Source: Kiritimatiellota bacterium (GTDB lineage: Bacteria; Verrucomicrobiota; Lentisphaeria; Oligosphaerales; JAADHN01). From it: a stretch of DNA of 64,000 nucleotides. This document shows positions 15,917 to 25,466 of this stretch, one piece after another; positions within the stretch are counted from its first letter, which is position 1, and each line of letters begins with the position of its first letter. Both the position numbers and the translations under genes were made by a program. The notes under the pieces were generated by a model. The model ran no database searches. It saw only the letters and a program-made list of their open reading frames with translations, and had not been told where the DNA came from. The stretch lies in NCBI GenBank assembly GCA_013151865.1, contig JAADHN010000166.1:2792-66791 (forward strand), in the 5' to 3' direction.

Positions 15917-17839
15917 TCACCGCAACATGACCTGGCCCCCTGTCACGGGCAGCGCCTGTCCCGTTTCGTAGTCCTGCTCGATCAGATAGAGAATGGCCCG
16001 AACCACGTCCTGCGGCGTACAACCCCGGTTCATCGGTACCTTGGCTTCGTAAAAGCGACGAACGTCCTCAATGCTGCGCGCGCCCGGCACTTTCCCGGCG
16101 CGCAGATACTGAACAAAAAGTCCGTTGTCTGGATCGCTCCACAGGGGGCCGTCGAAGTAATTGCCCGGACAAATGCCGTTCACTTTAATCCGGTCCGCAA
16201 CCAGTTCTTTGGCGAAGCTCTGCGTCAGCCCGACACCGCCGAACTTGCTGCCGGCGTACGCCGCGTTCTTGTTGCTGCCTTCCAGGCCGCTCTTGGAATT
16301 GATTTGAATAATGTCCGTCCACGGACCGGCGCCGACAGCGGCCTGTGCCGCCATGACTCGCGAGGCGTGCTTGACGCAGAGGAAATAGCCCGTGTAGTTG
16401 ACCGCCGTCACGAAGTCCCAGTCCTCCTTGCTCAATTCCCGCACCGGCGCCGCCCGCAGCACACCTGCATTGGAAACGAACAGGTCGATCCCGCCGCATT
16501 CACGCGTGACTGTCGCGACCATGGCACGGACGGACTCTTCATCGCTCACATTCACCTGCACCGCAAAGACCCGGTCGGCCCCGAACTCCGTTTCGAGCGC
16601 GGCAATGGCTTTTCGCGCTCCTTCGATATTGATGTCCGCAATGGCCGCAACCGCCCCTTCCGCGAGCAGACCGCGGGCGATCCCCAAACCGAAGCCCTGG
16701 GCCCCACCGGTGATAACGCAAACTTTCTGGTGGACCCTGCCCGCACGCCCGTCACCCGCCGTGACTTTGCGTCGGTACGACTCCACCTCCCAGTTCTCGA
16801 TGAAACCGCGCTCGCGGTCGGCCAGGAACCGGGGGCCGCCGAACGCCTCGGTCAGTTGCCGCACCAGGGCGCCGTCCCTGGCCACGAGCCGCACACCCCG
16901 GGCCCGCTTCAGATCCATGTCGGCCCCGAATACGGCGCGCCCCGGAACGGCAATGACCCGCGGCAGGTAGCCGCGAGACGCGACGAATGCGGCGACGCCG
17001 TCGGGATCGAATCGATCCGCAACGAACGGATAGGACTTTCCGTACACGATGTGGTCCGGAGTCAACGGGCCCTCGGCGGGAGCAAAAACCTCTGCCGCGG
17101 CACAGACGGTCGCACGTTGCTCCGGCGTCCCCAGCAAACTGCGCAGGGCCGGCGCCCATTCGAGAACAACGTCCGTGTCCACGTGCCCCGAGGTCTCCAG
17201 CGCAGTCGCCACACCCGCTCGGCTGTAGGCGTCCTCGAGGACGCTTATGACCCGCTCGTACAGAGCCTGAACGCCCTCGAGCGTGTCCGCACCGGCGAAC
17301 ACGCCGTGATTCTGCAGGAAGATCAGGCTCGGTTCCGGCCGACCGGCGGCCCGGAGCGCCTCGATTTCATGGGCCACGGTCTTGGCCAGAGTGTAGCCCG
17401 GATCCGTGTACGACACCCACAGCGCGTCCGGGAAGAGACGGCGGCAGACCTCTGCGCCGTTCCGCGCGCAAGTCATTCCATTGACAAGGGCCGGGTGCAT
17501 GTGGTAGACGTACCGGAAACTGAGCGCCTCGTGCAGCGGGGTCTCGACCGACGGACGCCCGGCCCCGGCGGGACGCACGGCCCGCAGCATCAGGTCCTTC
17601 ACCGCCGCCTCCCGTTCCCACACATCCGCCGGCAGGTCGGCACTGAAAATGTCCCGAATCGCGGTGCGTTCCACAGCGATGAATTGATCCGGGCCAATGC
17701 TCCCCAAGGCAACCCCGCTCGGTTTGATGTAAAGCAACTCCGCAGTCTTGATCGACGTGTTTCCGCCCCCCAACACCACGAAACGCGGGTCCGAGCCGAA
17801 CCGCCGCGACAGCGCGGCATGTGCCTCCAATTCTCGCAT
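15917..17839 (-). CDS. bifunctional class II aldolase (rhamnulose-1-phosphate aldolase-like) / short-chain dehydrogenase
   Basis: N-terminal aldolase/adducin-like half (GGGNTSIK..LYIKPSGV..). C-terminal SDR half (VCVITGGAQGFGLGIARGL, NAAYAGSKFGGVGLTQS with YxxxK). Start set at MRELEAHAALSRRFG (ATG 17839). Confidence 0.85.
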   Translation of the reverse strand: MRELEAHAALSRRFGSDPRFVVLGGGNTSIKTAELLYIKPSGVALGSIGPDQFIAVERTAIRDIFSADLPADVWEREAAVKDLMLRAVRPAGAGRPSVETPLHEALSFRYVYHMHPALVNGMTCARNGAEVCRRLFPDALWVSYTDPGYTLAKTVAHEIEALRAAGRPEPSLIFLQNHGVFAGADTLEGVQALYERVISVLEDAYSRAGVATALETSGHVDTDVVLEWAPALRSLLGTPEQRATVCAAAEVFAPAEGPLTPDHIVYGKSYPFVADRFDPDGVAAFVASRGYLPRVIAVPGRAVFGADMDLKRARGVRLVARDGALVRQLTEAFGGPRFLADRERGFIENWEVESYRRKVTAGDGRAGRVHQKVCVITGGAQGFGLGIARGLLAEGAVAAIADINIEGARKAIAALETEFGADRVFAVQVNVSDEESVRAMVATVTRECGGIDLFVSNAGVLRAAPVRELSKEDWDFVTAVNYTGYFLCVKHASRVMAAQAAVGAGPWTDIIQINSKSGLEGSNKNAAYAGSKFGGVGLTQSFAKELVADRIKVNGICPGNYFDGPLWSDPDNGLFVQYLRAGKVPGARSIEDVRRFYEAKVPMNRGCTPQDVVRAILYLIEQDYETGQALPVTGGQVMLR

Positions 17840-17929
17840 CGCATCCGTTCCTCGTCGTTTGCTTTTCCACCTGGAGCGTTGGTTGCCGGGCAGACGCGCG
17901 AACGGGCGTCGCTCCGGGACCAGCACAAA

Positions 17930-19180
17930 TCAGGCGAGAAAGAACCGCATGAGTTCAGCGGCAAGTTCCGGTTTGGGCATCTTCGGGAAGTGTTTCTCCC
18001 CGCCGGGGAAATAGACCGTGACTTCATTCTCGTCGCTACCGAACCCGATGTCGGGGCGACTGACATCGTTCGCCACGATAAAGTCCAACCGCTTGCGGGC
18101 CAGCTTCTCCTTTGCGGACTCCGCAACCCGTTCGGTCTCAGCGGCAAACCCCACCAAGATTTGGGACGCTTTCCGACGCTCGCCCAGGGATGCCAGGATG
18201 TCTTCGGTGCGTTCCAGCTCGAGTCGAAGCGCGGCCGCATCCTTGTGAATCTTGGCGGAGGCTCGGTCCACCGGCCGATAGTCGGCGACTGCGGCGGCCA
18301 TGACAATCAGATCGGCTGCCTCGAATTCCGCATACACGGCGGCGGCCATGTCCGCGGCGGATTCGACCCGGACCCGTCGACACATGGGCGGCGGCTCAAG
18401 GGCCGCCGGGCCGGAAATCAACACCGTATCGGCCCCGGCGGCGGCGGCGGCGGCGGCCAGCGCGTACCCCATCTTGCCGCTGGACCGGTTCGTGATGAAG
18501 CGGACCGGGTCGATGGCTTCCCGAGTCGGACCGGCGGTCACCAGCACGCGTCGCCCAGCTCCGCAGTTACCGCCGGCCGCAACCAGTTGCACTCGAACCG
18601 CATCCAGGATGGTTTCTACCGCCGCCATGCGACCGACTCCGGCCTCGCCGCACGCCACGCGACCGGTGTCCGGGCCCACAAACAAGATCCCGCGCCGACG
18701 CAAAGCGGCGCAGTTCGCCTGCACGGTCGGGTTGGCCCACATCCGTGGATTCATGGCAGGTGCGACGATCATCGGCCCCGCGTGCGCCACGGCGAACGTG
18801 CTGAGCGCATCGTCCGCAATGCCGTGCGCCAGTTTCGCCAGGAAATTGGCCGTGGCCGGCGCCACGATCAAGAGCTGCACCAAGTCCGCCAGCGCAATGT
18901 GTCCCGGCTGCCAAGCCGGCACCTGCCAAAGGTCCGTCACCACCGGGTTCCGCGACAGGGTCAGGAACGTCCGGGGCCGAACCAACTCGGCGGCGCTGGC
19001 GGTCATCAGCACATGCACGTCAACCCCGGCCCGTACCAAGCGACTGGCCAGGTCGGCAGCCTTGTAGGCCGCAATGGATCCCGTGACTCCCAGCGCCACG
19101 CGACGCCGGGTGTCGTCCGTTCCCCTGTCCTGATCTCGCGGACCGCTCACCCCGACTCTCCCGTTGTCTGCCGGTCCCAT
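17930..19180 (-). CDS. coaBC: bifunctional phosphopantothenoylcysteine decarboxylase / phosphopantothenate-cysteine ligase
   Basis: LGVTGSIAAYKAADLASRLV (flavoprotein N-domain), PAMNPRMW, VLVTAGPTREAIDPVRFITNRSSGKMGYALA (CoaB domain). ATG 19180 overlaps gmk by 34 nt. An in-frame GTG at 19099 (RR-V-ALGVTG) is an alternative start. Confidence 0.9.
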   Translation of the reverse strand: MGPADNGRVGVSGPRDQDRGTDDTRRRVALGVTGSIAAYKAADLASRLVRAGVDVHVLMTASAAELVRPRTFLTLSRNPVVTDLWQVPAWQPGHIALADLVQLLIVAPATANFLAKLAHGIADDALSTFAVAHAGPMIVAPAMNPRMWANPTVQANCAALRRRGILFVGPDTGRVACGEAGVGRMAAVETILDAVRVQLVAAGGNCGAGRRVLVTAGPTREAIDPVRFITNRSSGKMGYALAAAAAAAGADTVLISGPAALEPPPMCRRVRVESAADMAAAVYAEFEAADLIVMAAAVADYRPVDRASAKIHKDAAALRLELERTEDILASLGERRKASQILVGFAAETERVAESAKEKLARKRLDFIVANDVSRPDIGFGSDENEVTVYFPGGEKHFPKMPKPELAAELMRFFLA

Positions 19181-19803
19181 GGGCTGGCAGGAAACCGTGC
19201 CACCGCATAGCGCGCCGCGGCCAGGATCAGTTCGAGGCAGGCCGTGGCACGCTCAACCCGGTCGTTGACGACCACGTAGTCGTAATCGCGCCAGTGTTCC
19301 AACTCTTCACGGGCGTTCCGGAGCCGTTGCTGAATCACGTCCTCGGGGTCCGTGGCCCGATGTCGCAGTCGGCGTTCCAACTCGCCGAAAGAAGGCGGCC
19401 CGAGAAAGACGAAGACCACGCACGCGCCCAGCGGGTCGTCGGCCACTTTGGCTCGCACCAGGCGGGCGCCCTGGACGTCGATATCCAACAGCACATCCTG
19501 TCCGTGTCGCACGCGCTCCACGGCCTCCCGTTTCAGAGTGCCGTACAAATGACCGTGCACCTCGGCGTATTCGAGAAAAGCCCCGGCCGCGATCCGGGCT
19601 TCGAACTCCGCACGACTCAGAAAGCGGTAGTCGCGCCCGTCCTCTTCTCCGGGCCGCGGGAGACGGGTGGTGCAGGAAACCGAAAAGTGCAGGTTCGGTT
19701 CGATTTCGAGAAGACGCCGGCATACAGTGGTCTTGCCCGCGCCGCTCGGCCCCGAAACGACCAGCGCTGTGCCGTAGCGACCGCTGGAAACGTCACATCC
19801 CAT
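19147..19803 (-). CDS. gmk: guanylate kinase
   Basis: LVVSGPSGAGKTTV (P-loop), SCTTRLPRPGEEDGRDYRFLSRAEFE, EYAEVHGHLYGT. Start set at ATG 19803 (MGCDVSSGRYG). Confidence 0.9.
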   Translation of the reverse strand: MGCDVSSGRYGTALVVSGPSGAGKTTVCRRLLEIEPNLHFSVSCTTRLPRPGEEDGRDYRFLSRAEFEARIAAGAFLEYAEVHGHLYGTLKREAVERVRHGQDVLLDIDVQGARLVRAKVADDPLGACVVFVFLGPPSFGELERRLRHRATDPEDVIQQRLRNAREELEHWRDYDYVVVNDRVERATACLELILAAARYAVARFPASPWDRQTTGESG

Positions 19804-20017
19804 GTTGCACTCACCCGGCGTTTGCCGCCGGACGCCTTTTTCGCTGGTTTGCCGGACGTACTTCAAAGCCCGATCCCTGCGCCGTCAAGCCCTTCGATTC
19901 CGGGGACGGACCCGGTTTCACCATACATGAGCTTGCGGAGTTCGCAACCGAAAGCGGAAGGCTCGGCAACCCCGGCGCACCGGGTCGCGCCGGGCGCCGC
20001 CGCCGTCCCGCACACGC

Positions 20018-23000
20018 TCAAGGGAACTGAACGGGTTCGCCGGGCTGCGGAGGAGTGCGGGTGTCGATGTAGGTGCTCGTGCCGTAGGCCGAAGCCCGGC
20101 CGCCCGGCCGTTTTTTCTCCAGGAGAATGTCACGGAGTTCAACACCGCGGCAGGTCATTCCAACCCGCGACCGGCTGTATCCGTACCCTTCGGCACCGGT
20201 GCAGAACTCATAGCTGACACGCTTGCCTGCGGCCCCCGCGGGCACGGCGAAAACGACGCGCAACGGCTGTTTCAGGCGTTCCCCTGTCCCATGCAGTTCG
20301 ACGGTCGGTTTCACGCCGGACGTTTCGGTAACGCGAAACGACAGAGTGTACCATCCGGCGATGAGCGGAATGCGGGACGCACCGCCCGGGCCGCCCGTCC
20401 ACAGGTTGTCGACGCGCACACCGGCACCCACGGCGAACGTCGGTCGCGTCTCCGGACGCTCGAGGCGCAGACTGTCGACGAGCTTTTTTGCCAGGATGTC
20501 TGCGAGAAGCCGGTATCCGTCCGGTGTGGGATGGAGACGAATCTCGGGGCGCCAGTCCGGCAACGCACGGATCGGTTTCTCGTACTCGACCCAGACCACC
20601 CGCCCCCCGGGCAACGCACCCGTCCGCATCATGTCGCGCAACAGCCGGTTCGTGGCTGCATTGGTTTTGTCGCGCAATGGATTGTCCGTGTCGCACGGAA
20701 GGACGCTGCCGAGAAAAACCTTTTCGCATCCGGGCTTTTTCAGAAGTCCGAGCACGATCCGCCGCACACGGTCGGCCGTCGCCGCCGCTCGCGCGGCCAC
20801 GTCTGCAGCCTTCCGGACATTGTTGTCGTTGGTGCCGATGAGCAAGTGATAATACGGGCACGCGGGGATCGCATCGAGCCGGGCCAACACCTGCCGCGTT
20901 CCGTTGCCGCCCTCCCCCGCATGGTTGTAGCCGAACTTGGCGCTGTGCGTGCCCACGAACGCCAAGCGCGGCAGGCGCTCGACCAAGTACTTGCGCCACC
21001 AGTCGCCCTCTCCCCACCAAGTGATGCTGTCGCCGATCATGCACAGAGGGATTTGGGACGGATTGGCGGGCGGCGGCGCGGGCAATTCCGTCAGCCGCGC
21101 CTCGTCGGCGTACAGCACGGCCCCGGTCCGTTTGGTCGACATGTGCAGGCGCACGTTGGTCAAGTCTTCCCCTGCGGGAAGGATGAACTCGCGGGCCGTC
21201 TCGGTCCACTTGTCCGGACTGCCGATCTTCCGCGTCGTCTGGCAGAAGACCCAGTCGCGGCTCGTGACCTGGATCCCGGCCACGGCGTCCGGATCGGTCC
21301 GAACCCGACAGGATAGACGAAACCGACGGTCGTAAGGCGCGGGACGCACACCCGGCCAACGGAGCACGGCGCCGAAATCGCCGCCGGTCGCCGCGGTGCA
21401 GATCACCTTGATGCAACGCCGTCCCGAAGCGCCGCCCGGGGCAATCTCGATACGACATTCCGCGTTGCCGGTGATGGTCGAGGCCCGCCAACCCTCCGGT
21501 GCACCGTCGGCGACCTCTTCGAACGAGGGATTGGACAGCAGGTTCACACCCCGCACCCGCCGAGCGAAAGCCGAAACCACCTCCAGAGTTCCGCCTGCCG
21601 CGGCGCGGGTCACGGTCACCGGCGTCCGAAAATCGAGCGAACAGGCGGGCAGCACAAGTGTGCGTTCCTCGCCGGCGGCAAGGTCCGCCACCGCCGTGGC
21701 CGTACCGGCTCGGAGCAATACCGTGCCGCGCCCCCCGCCCGCCCCGGCGACCCGCACCCCAACTCTCCAGATGCCCGACGTGCCGGGGAACCGCGCCCGG
21801 TACCCGACCTGCTCCACACGTGGATAATCGGTCCTGATGAAAGCGGCCGGTGCGGCGAGCGGCACGTACAACGGCGGGGCGGAGTCCAAGTTGGTGCGCG
21901 CTTTCCCGGATTCAATGCGGACCATGCGGCCTGGCGGCAGATCAAGCCGGACAAATCCGTCGGTCCCGGGCTCGATCCGGACACTCGTACCGTCTTCCTC
22001 CACGGCGCGGGCCGCGGTGAACGGTGCACGGACGGTCGCAGCGACCGGAGCGTTGCCTGCTGCGCATTCCACCCAGAGGCCGTCGCCGGCCCGGACCACG
22101 CTGACATCGGCGCGGCGCGCCAGACGGAGAAAGTCTTTTCCGCCGCCGGCCGCCACGAACGTTCCGCCGAAAATCGCGACCGAACGAACGCGGTCGCCGA
22201 TGAACGTCACGCTGGCTGCCCGTCCGTCGGTGCGGAGTCCGCAGACCTCGACGGTCTCCGCGGTGGGGTCCGTCCGAAACAGCGCAATCACCCGCCGGCC
22301 GCCTCTCGTTCCCGCGGTCCTATTCTTCGATTTCCGTTCTCCGGTTGCCGTATCCATCGCCTCAAGAACGAAGACCGCGGCCACGGCGCCCTTCCCCGTC
22401 TCGACCACGGGCCGGGGCCGGCGCTGCTCGTTCTCGCGGCGGGAGGGCTGAAGGGCGATGAGCGAGTGCGTGTTCTTGCGTTTGCCGCTCGTAACGGCGC
22501 TCAGGTGCCACTGGTTCGGCGCAGGACGCTGCGGCGGCACAGTGAATTTGTCGGTTTGCCGGAAATCGAGCTGAGCGGGTTCCAGGAAATCGACCCGGCA
22601 CGCGGCGGCGCCGTTCCGGATACGCACGGTCCGCGTCTGGGGGGCGACCTCCATGCGGGTCAAGGCGTGAAGCAGAAACGTGATCGTGGCGGGTTTCGCG
22701 GCTTCAATGTCGTCCCGGACCACGACAAGCGGAGCGCCGCCGGTATGCATGGGCCGCAAGAAGAGCACGCGGCGGTCGTAGCGTTCGAGACGCCCGGTGT
22801 AAGCGGCACGGGCGTCTCCGACGATATAGTCGGCCCCAACCGTGCTTGCGAACTCCGCAATCCGTCCTTTGGCGTCCCAGGCGCGCTTCTGGCCTTGCCC
22901 ATCCACCAAGATGGAGTTCGAGGCAATGGTCTGCCAAGTCCACTTCGTGTGATGCGGACAGCCGTAGAGCTGGTAGTAACCGGACGCGATGACGAGCGGC

Positions 23001-24601
23001 TCGCCGTATGCGTCCAGAACGAACGTATTCTGGTCCGCGTAAGAATGACTGCAACCGCCGAACGGACTCGAACGCAAGAGGAAGACCACGTCCATGTCGC
23101 CGTCGGCCAGGTTCGTGTGGGAGCAGGCGAGACCGACGTCGGAAAAACAGCGCCCCTGCGGCAGATCCAGGGGCGGGTTCGCCTTGACGTGTTTAAGGGG
23201 AAAAAGCAGCGCGTCCATCCCGGTGAGTCGCGTCTTCAATCGCTCCCCATACCACTTGGCGTACGGATTGTCGTACAGGGAGGCGAGCATGAGCATCGCG
23301 GCGCCGCCGCGGGCCGGCCCCTCCTGTCCGTCGCCGAACGGAGACATCTTGAACCAGGGCGGATTGCCGTAGAGTTTGTAATAGACCTGATTGCGCAAAT
23401 GAGAACGCTTGTGGACCGGTATGCCGGTCGCGCGCTCAACAAGACGGTACGTCCGCGCGCATACACGGGCGATCCAGCTCCAGTAGGATGGCCCTTCGCT
23501 CCAGCCGCCGTCCGCGTCGCCGAAAGGCGGATAAAAAGGCGACCACAATTGCAGCAGTGTATAATGGAGCATCTCGGTCACATCCAGGTCTCCGCTGACC
23601 GCCAGACACGCCTGGAGCAGGTCGGGCAGATAATACCCCATGACGTGGCTCGAATACGGCTTCTTTTCAAAGGGATACGACAAGAGAGTGTCGAACATTT
23701 CTTGCATGCGTACGCGAAAGACATCGAGGCATTTTCGGCGTTCGTCGGGCGTCAGCAGCGGGTAGATCCAATCAAACACGCGGGGGCAATGCCGGACGAC
23801 CTCCGTACCCACTTCGTCGTTGTGGCGCAATTTCGTGCTGCCGGCAGGGTCCCAGGCTACGATGCTCAAGAGGCGGCGCTTGGCCTCGACACCCGCTTTC
23901 TCGTTGCCGATGAGCAGGTACGCTTCCGCAAGCCGCGTCATTTCCGCAAAGTACGGACGGTAGCGCATGAAGGTCTTCTGGTAAACCTCGACCCGGCGGA
24001 GCCTGCCCTCCCGTTTGGCGTCGGGGAGAGAATCCGGTTCGGGCAACAGATTCTTGCGCGCGGCGGCCTCCGTCATGTGTCGAATCTGCGTCGGCCAGTG
24101 CGGTCCGAAACGCGCGGCGGCCTGCCGGCGAAAAGCGATCAAACCGTCGGCGGTGACGTTGACACGGGGGTGGGACCGCCCCAGCCGGCGCACGAGCGTC
24201 GGAACGTCCGGAAACGGCAGGACAGGCACGTCTTCCGGTACGGTGAAGGCACGCACCGCCGACCACTGGGTGTCGCCGCCGGGACGGAGCGGCCGCCAAC
24301 GCCAGAACCAGCGGCCGGATTCCAGCGGCCCTTCCGGACAGTTCAGCATCCATTTTCCCGTGAGCCTGTGAGTGGCCTCCGGTGCGAACTCCGCACTCCG
24401 GCTGAACTCCACCACATAGGCAGGGAACCGCCGGACGGCCGGGAAAACGAAGCACGGCGGATTGACAGCCACGGTCTCGCCGTTGTACGGACGCGGAACG
24501 GTCTGGGCCGGGGCCGGCGACGCCTCGAAGGGTTCGAGGCCGGCGGCGGCGGAACACAGCAGGCAGGTCAGCAGCGGCAACGAGGCCCGATTGTGAAACA
24601 T
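20018..24601 (-). CDS. giant secreted multidomain protein: DUF4962/heparinase II/III-like polysaccharide lyase region fused to an SGNH/GDSL hydrolase domain and CBM-like modules
   Basis: Signal peptide MFHNRASLPLLTCLLCSAAAG. N-terminal third resembles heparinase II/III family proteins (RWFWRWRP.., ..SYPFEKKPYSSHVMGYY.., HADQNTF-type segment SHSYADQNTFVLDAYGEPL). Near the C-terminus, SGNH blocks CMIGDSITWWG (block I GDS) and HLLIGTNDN (block III GxND). Confidence 0.75.
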   Translation of the reverse strand: MFHNRASLPLLTCLLCSAAAGLEPFEASPAPAQTVPRPYNGETVAVNPPCFVFPAVRRFPAYVVEFSRSAEFAPEATHRLTGKWMLNCPEGPLESGRWFWRWRPLRPGGDTQWSAVRAFTVPEDVPVLPFPDVPTLVRRLGRSHPRVNVTADGLIAFRRQAAARFGPHWPTQIRHMTEAAARKNLLPEPDSLPDAKREGRLRRVEVYQKTFMRYRPYFAEMTRLAEAYLLIGNEKAGVEAKRRLLSIVAWDPAGSTKLRHNDEVGTEVVRHCPRVFDWIYPLLTPDERRKCLDVFRVRMQEMFDTLLSYPFEKKPYSSHVMGYYLPDLLQACLAVSGDLDVTEMLHYTLLQLWSPFYPPFGDADGGWSEGPSYWSWIARVCARTYRLVERATGIPVHKRSHLRNQVYYKLYGNPPWFKMSPFGDGQEGPARGGAAMLMLASLYDNPYAKWYGERLKTRLTGMDALLFPLKHVKANPPLDLPQGRCFSDVGLACSHTNLADGDMDVVFLLRSSPFGGCSHSYADQNTFVLDAYGEPLVIASGYYQLYGCPHHTKWTWQTIASNSILVDGQGQKRAWDAKGRIAEFASTVGADYIVGDARAAYTGRLERYDRRVLFLRPMHTGGAPLVVVRDDIEAAKPATITFLLHALTRMEVAPQTRTVRIRNGAAACRVDFLEPAQLDFRQTDKFTVPPQRPAPNQWHLSAVTSGKRKNTHSLIALQPSRRENEQRRPRPVVETGKGAVAAVFVLEAMDTATGERKSKNRTAGTRGGRRVIALFRTDPTAETVEVCGLRTDGRAASVTFIGDRVRSVAIFGGTFVAAGGGKDFLRLARRADVSVVRAGDGLWVECAAGNAPVAATVRAPFTAARAVEEDGTSVRIEPGTDGFVRLDLPPGRMVRIESGKARTNLDSAPPLYVPLAAPAAFIRTDYPRVEQVGYRARFPGTSGIWRVGVRVAGAGGGRGTVLLRAGTATAVADLAAGEERTLVLPACSLDFRTPVTVTRAAAGGTLEVVSAFARRVRGVNLLSNPSFEEVADGAPEGWRASTITGNAECRIEIAPGGASGRRCIKVICTAATGGDFGAVLRWPGVRPAPYDRRFRLSCRVRTDPDAVAGIQVTSRDWVFCQTTRKIGSPDKWTETAREFILPAGEDLTNVRLHMSTKRTGAVLYADEARLTELPAPPPANPSQIPLCMIGDSITWWGEGDWWRKYLVERLPRLAFVGTHSAKFGYNHAGEGGNGTRQVLARLDAIPACPYYHLLIGTNDNNVRKAADVAARAAATADRVRRIVLGLLKKPGCEKVFLGSVLPCDTDNPLRDKTNAATNRLLRDMMRTGALPGGRVVWVEYEKPIRALPDWRPEIRLHPTPDGYRLLADILAKKLVDSLRLERPETRPTFAVGAGVRVDNLWTGGPGGASRIPLIAGWYTLSFRVTETSGVKPTVELHGTGERLKQPLRVVFAVPAGAAGKRVSYEFCTGAEGYGYSRSRVGMTCRGVELRDILLEKKRPGGRASAYGTSTYIDTRTPPQPGEPVQFP

Positions 24602-24769
24602 GGCAACGACTCTCCCGGTCCTTCTTGCCGGACCCGTGTTCGTACCTTAACCCAACCCCACACGACCACTGCTCATCGGCCGTCGGGAAACCGTCACCGG
24701 ACAAGAAATGCAATTCAACCACAGAGATCGCGGCGGGGATGTGAAAGAAAAGGGTGCGGCGGACGGATT

Positions 24770-24793
24770 GCTCTCCCGCAGAGCGGGAGCGGA
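24770..24793. repeat. REP-like GC-rich hairpin repeat, copy 4 (GCTCTCCCGCAGAGCGGGAGCGG)
   Basis: Stem CTCCCGC/GCGGGAG around an AGA loop. Same GCTCTCCCGC start as copies 1 and 2. Confidence 0.45.
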
Positions 24794-25304
24794 GACACGG
24801 CGACAGTCGGAAGCGAATCTTCGTCTGTACCGATACGCAGGCGTCTATCGGTCATGGAAGGACCTCCGAAATGCCGCACCAGGGGTGAGCAGGACGTACC
24901 ATACCCTTTCCCGGAGGCGGCGTCCAACCGGGCGCCAACACGACTCTCGCGACCTGCAACCATGATAAGCCGGGCCTTGGTTCCCGAACTCGGGCGTGAA
25001 AGGCGAACGTCCCCGTGAGCCGTGTTTTCCCCGGTGTTGGGCAATAAAGCGACAGGCCCTGCAGCCGGGCAATCCACGCGGGGAGCCTTGCCGTCGCCAT
25101 TCGGTTGCTCGCGGAGCCGAGAGTCCGCTACGCCACTCACTACCATGCCCCCTCGGCGACCATCGTCGGCCGTAATGCCGCAAAGCGGCGCAGAACAGGG
25201 GGGGAGCACCCGGTGACGCAGCGGCATCAGGTCGGGGCGGAGGCTGAATCGCCGAGTCACCGGATCACTGAATCGCGGGACGCCGCTTCTGCTATCGCGT
25301 TTCC

Positions 25305-25333
25305 ATCTGCGTCCATCCGTGTTCTTCCGCGGT
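25305..25333 (+). repeat. 29-nt phased-decamer intergenic motif, copy B (ATCTGCGTCCATCCGTGTTCTTCCGCGGT)
   Basis: 25/29 identical to 7079-7107, same orientation. Confidence 0.6.
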
Positions 25334-25466
25334 GTTTCCTCTTTCTCAACCCCAGGTAGACGCCGGCCAGAGTGAACCCGGCGGGCTTGGCTCAGGAGTC
25401 AGAGTCCGGGTCACCGGCCGCAACGGCCATTCGCATTGTGCTTTTCCGGTCCCGGCTTCCGCTATT

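Noticed and set aside
15785-19210. 1141-aa ORF on the + strand, the longest + strand ORF in this part of the track
   Set aside because: It is antisense to three well-supported genes (aldolase/SDR, coaBC, gmk). Its translation is Arg/Pro/Gly/His-rich low complexity with no recognisable motif. This is a typical shadow ORF of high-GC DNA.
22466-25018. 850-aa ORF on the + strand
   Set aside because: It is antisense to the heparinase-like/SGNH giant gene and has Arg/Gly/Pro-rich composition with no family signature.
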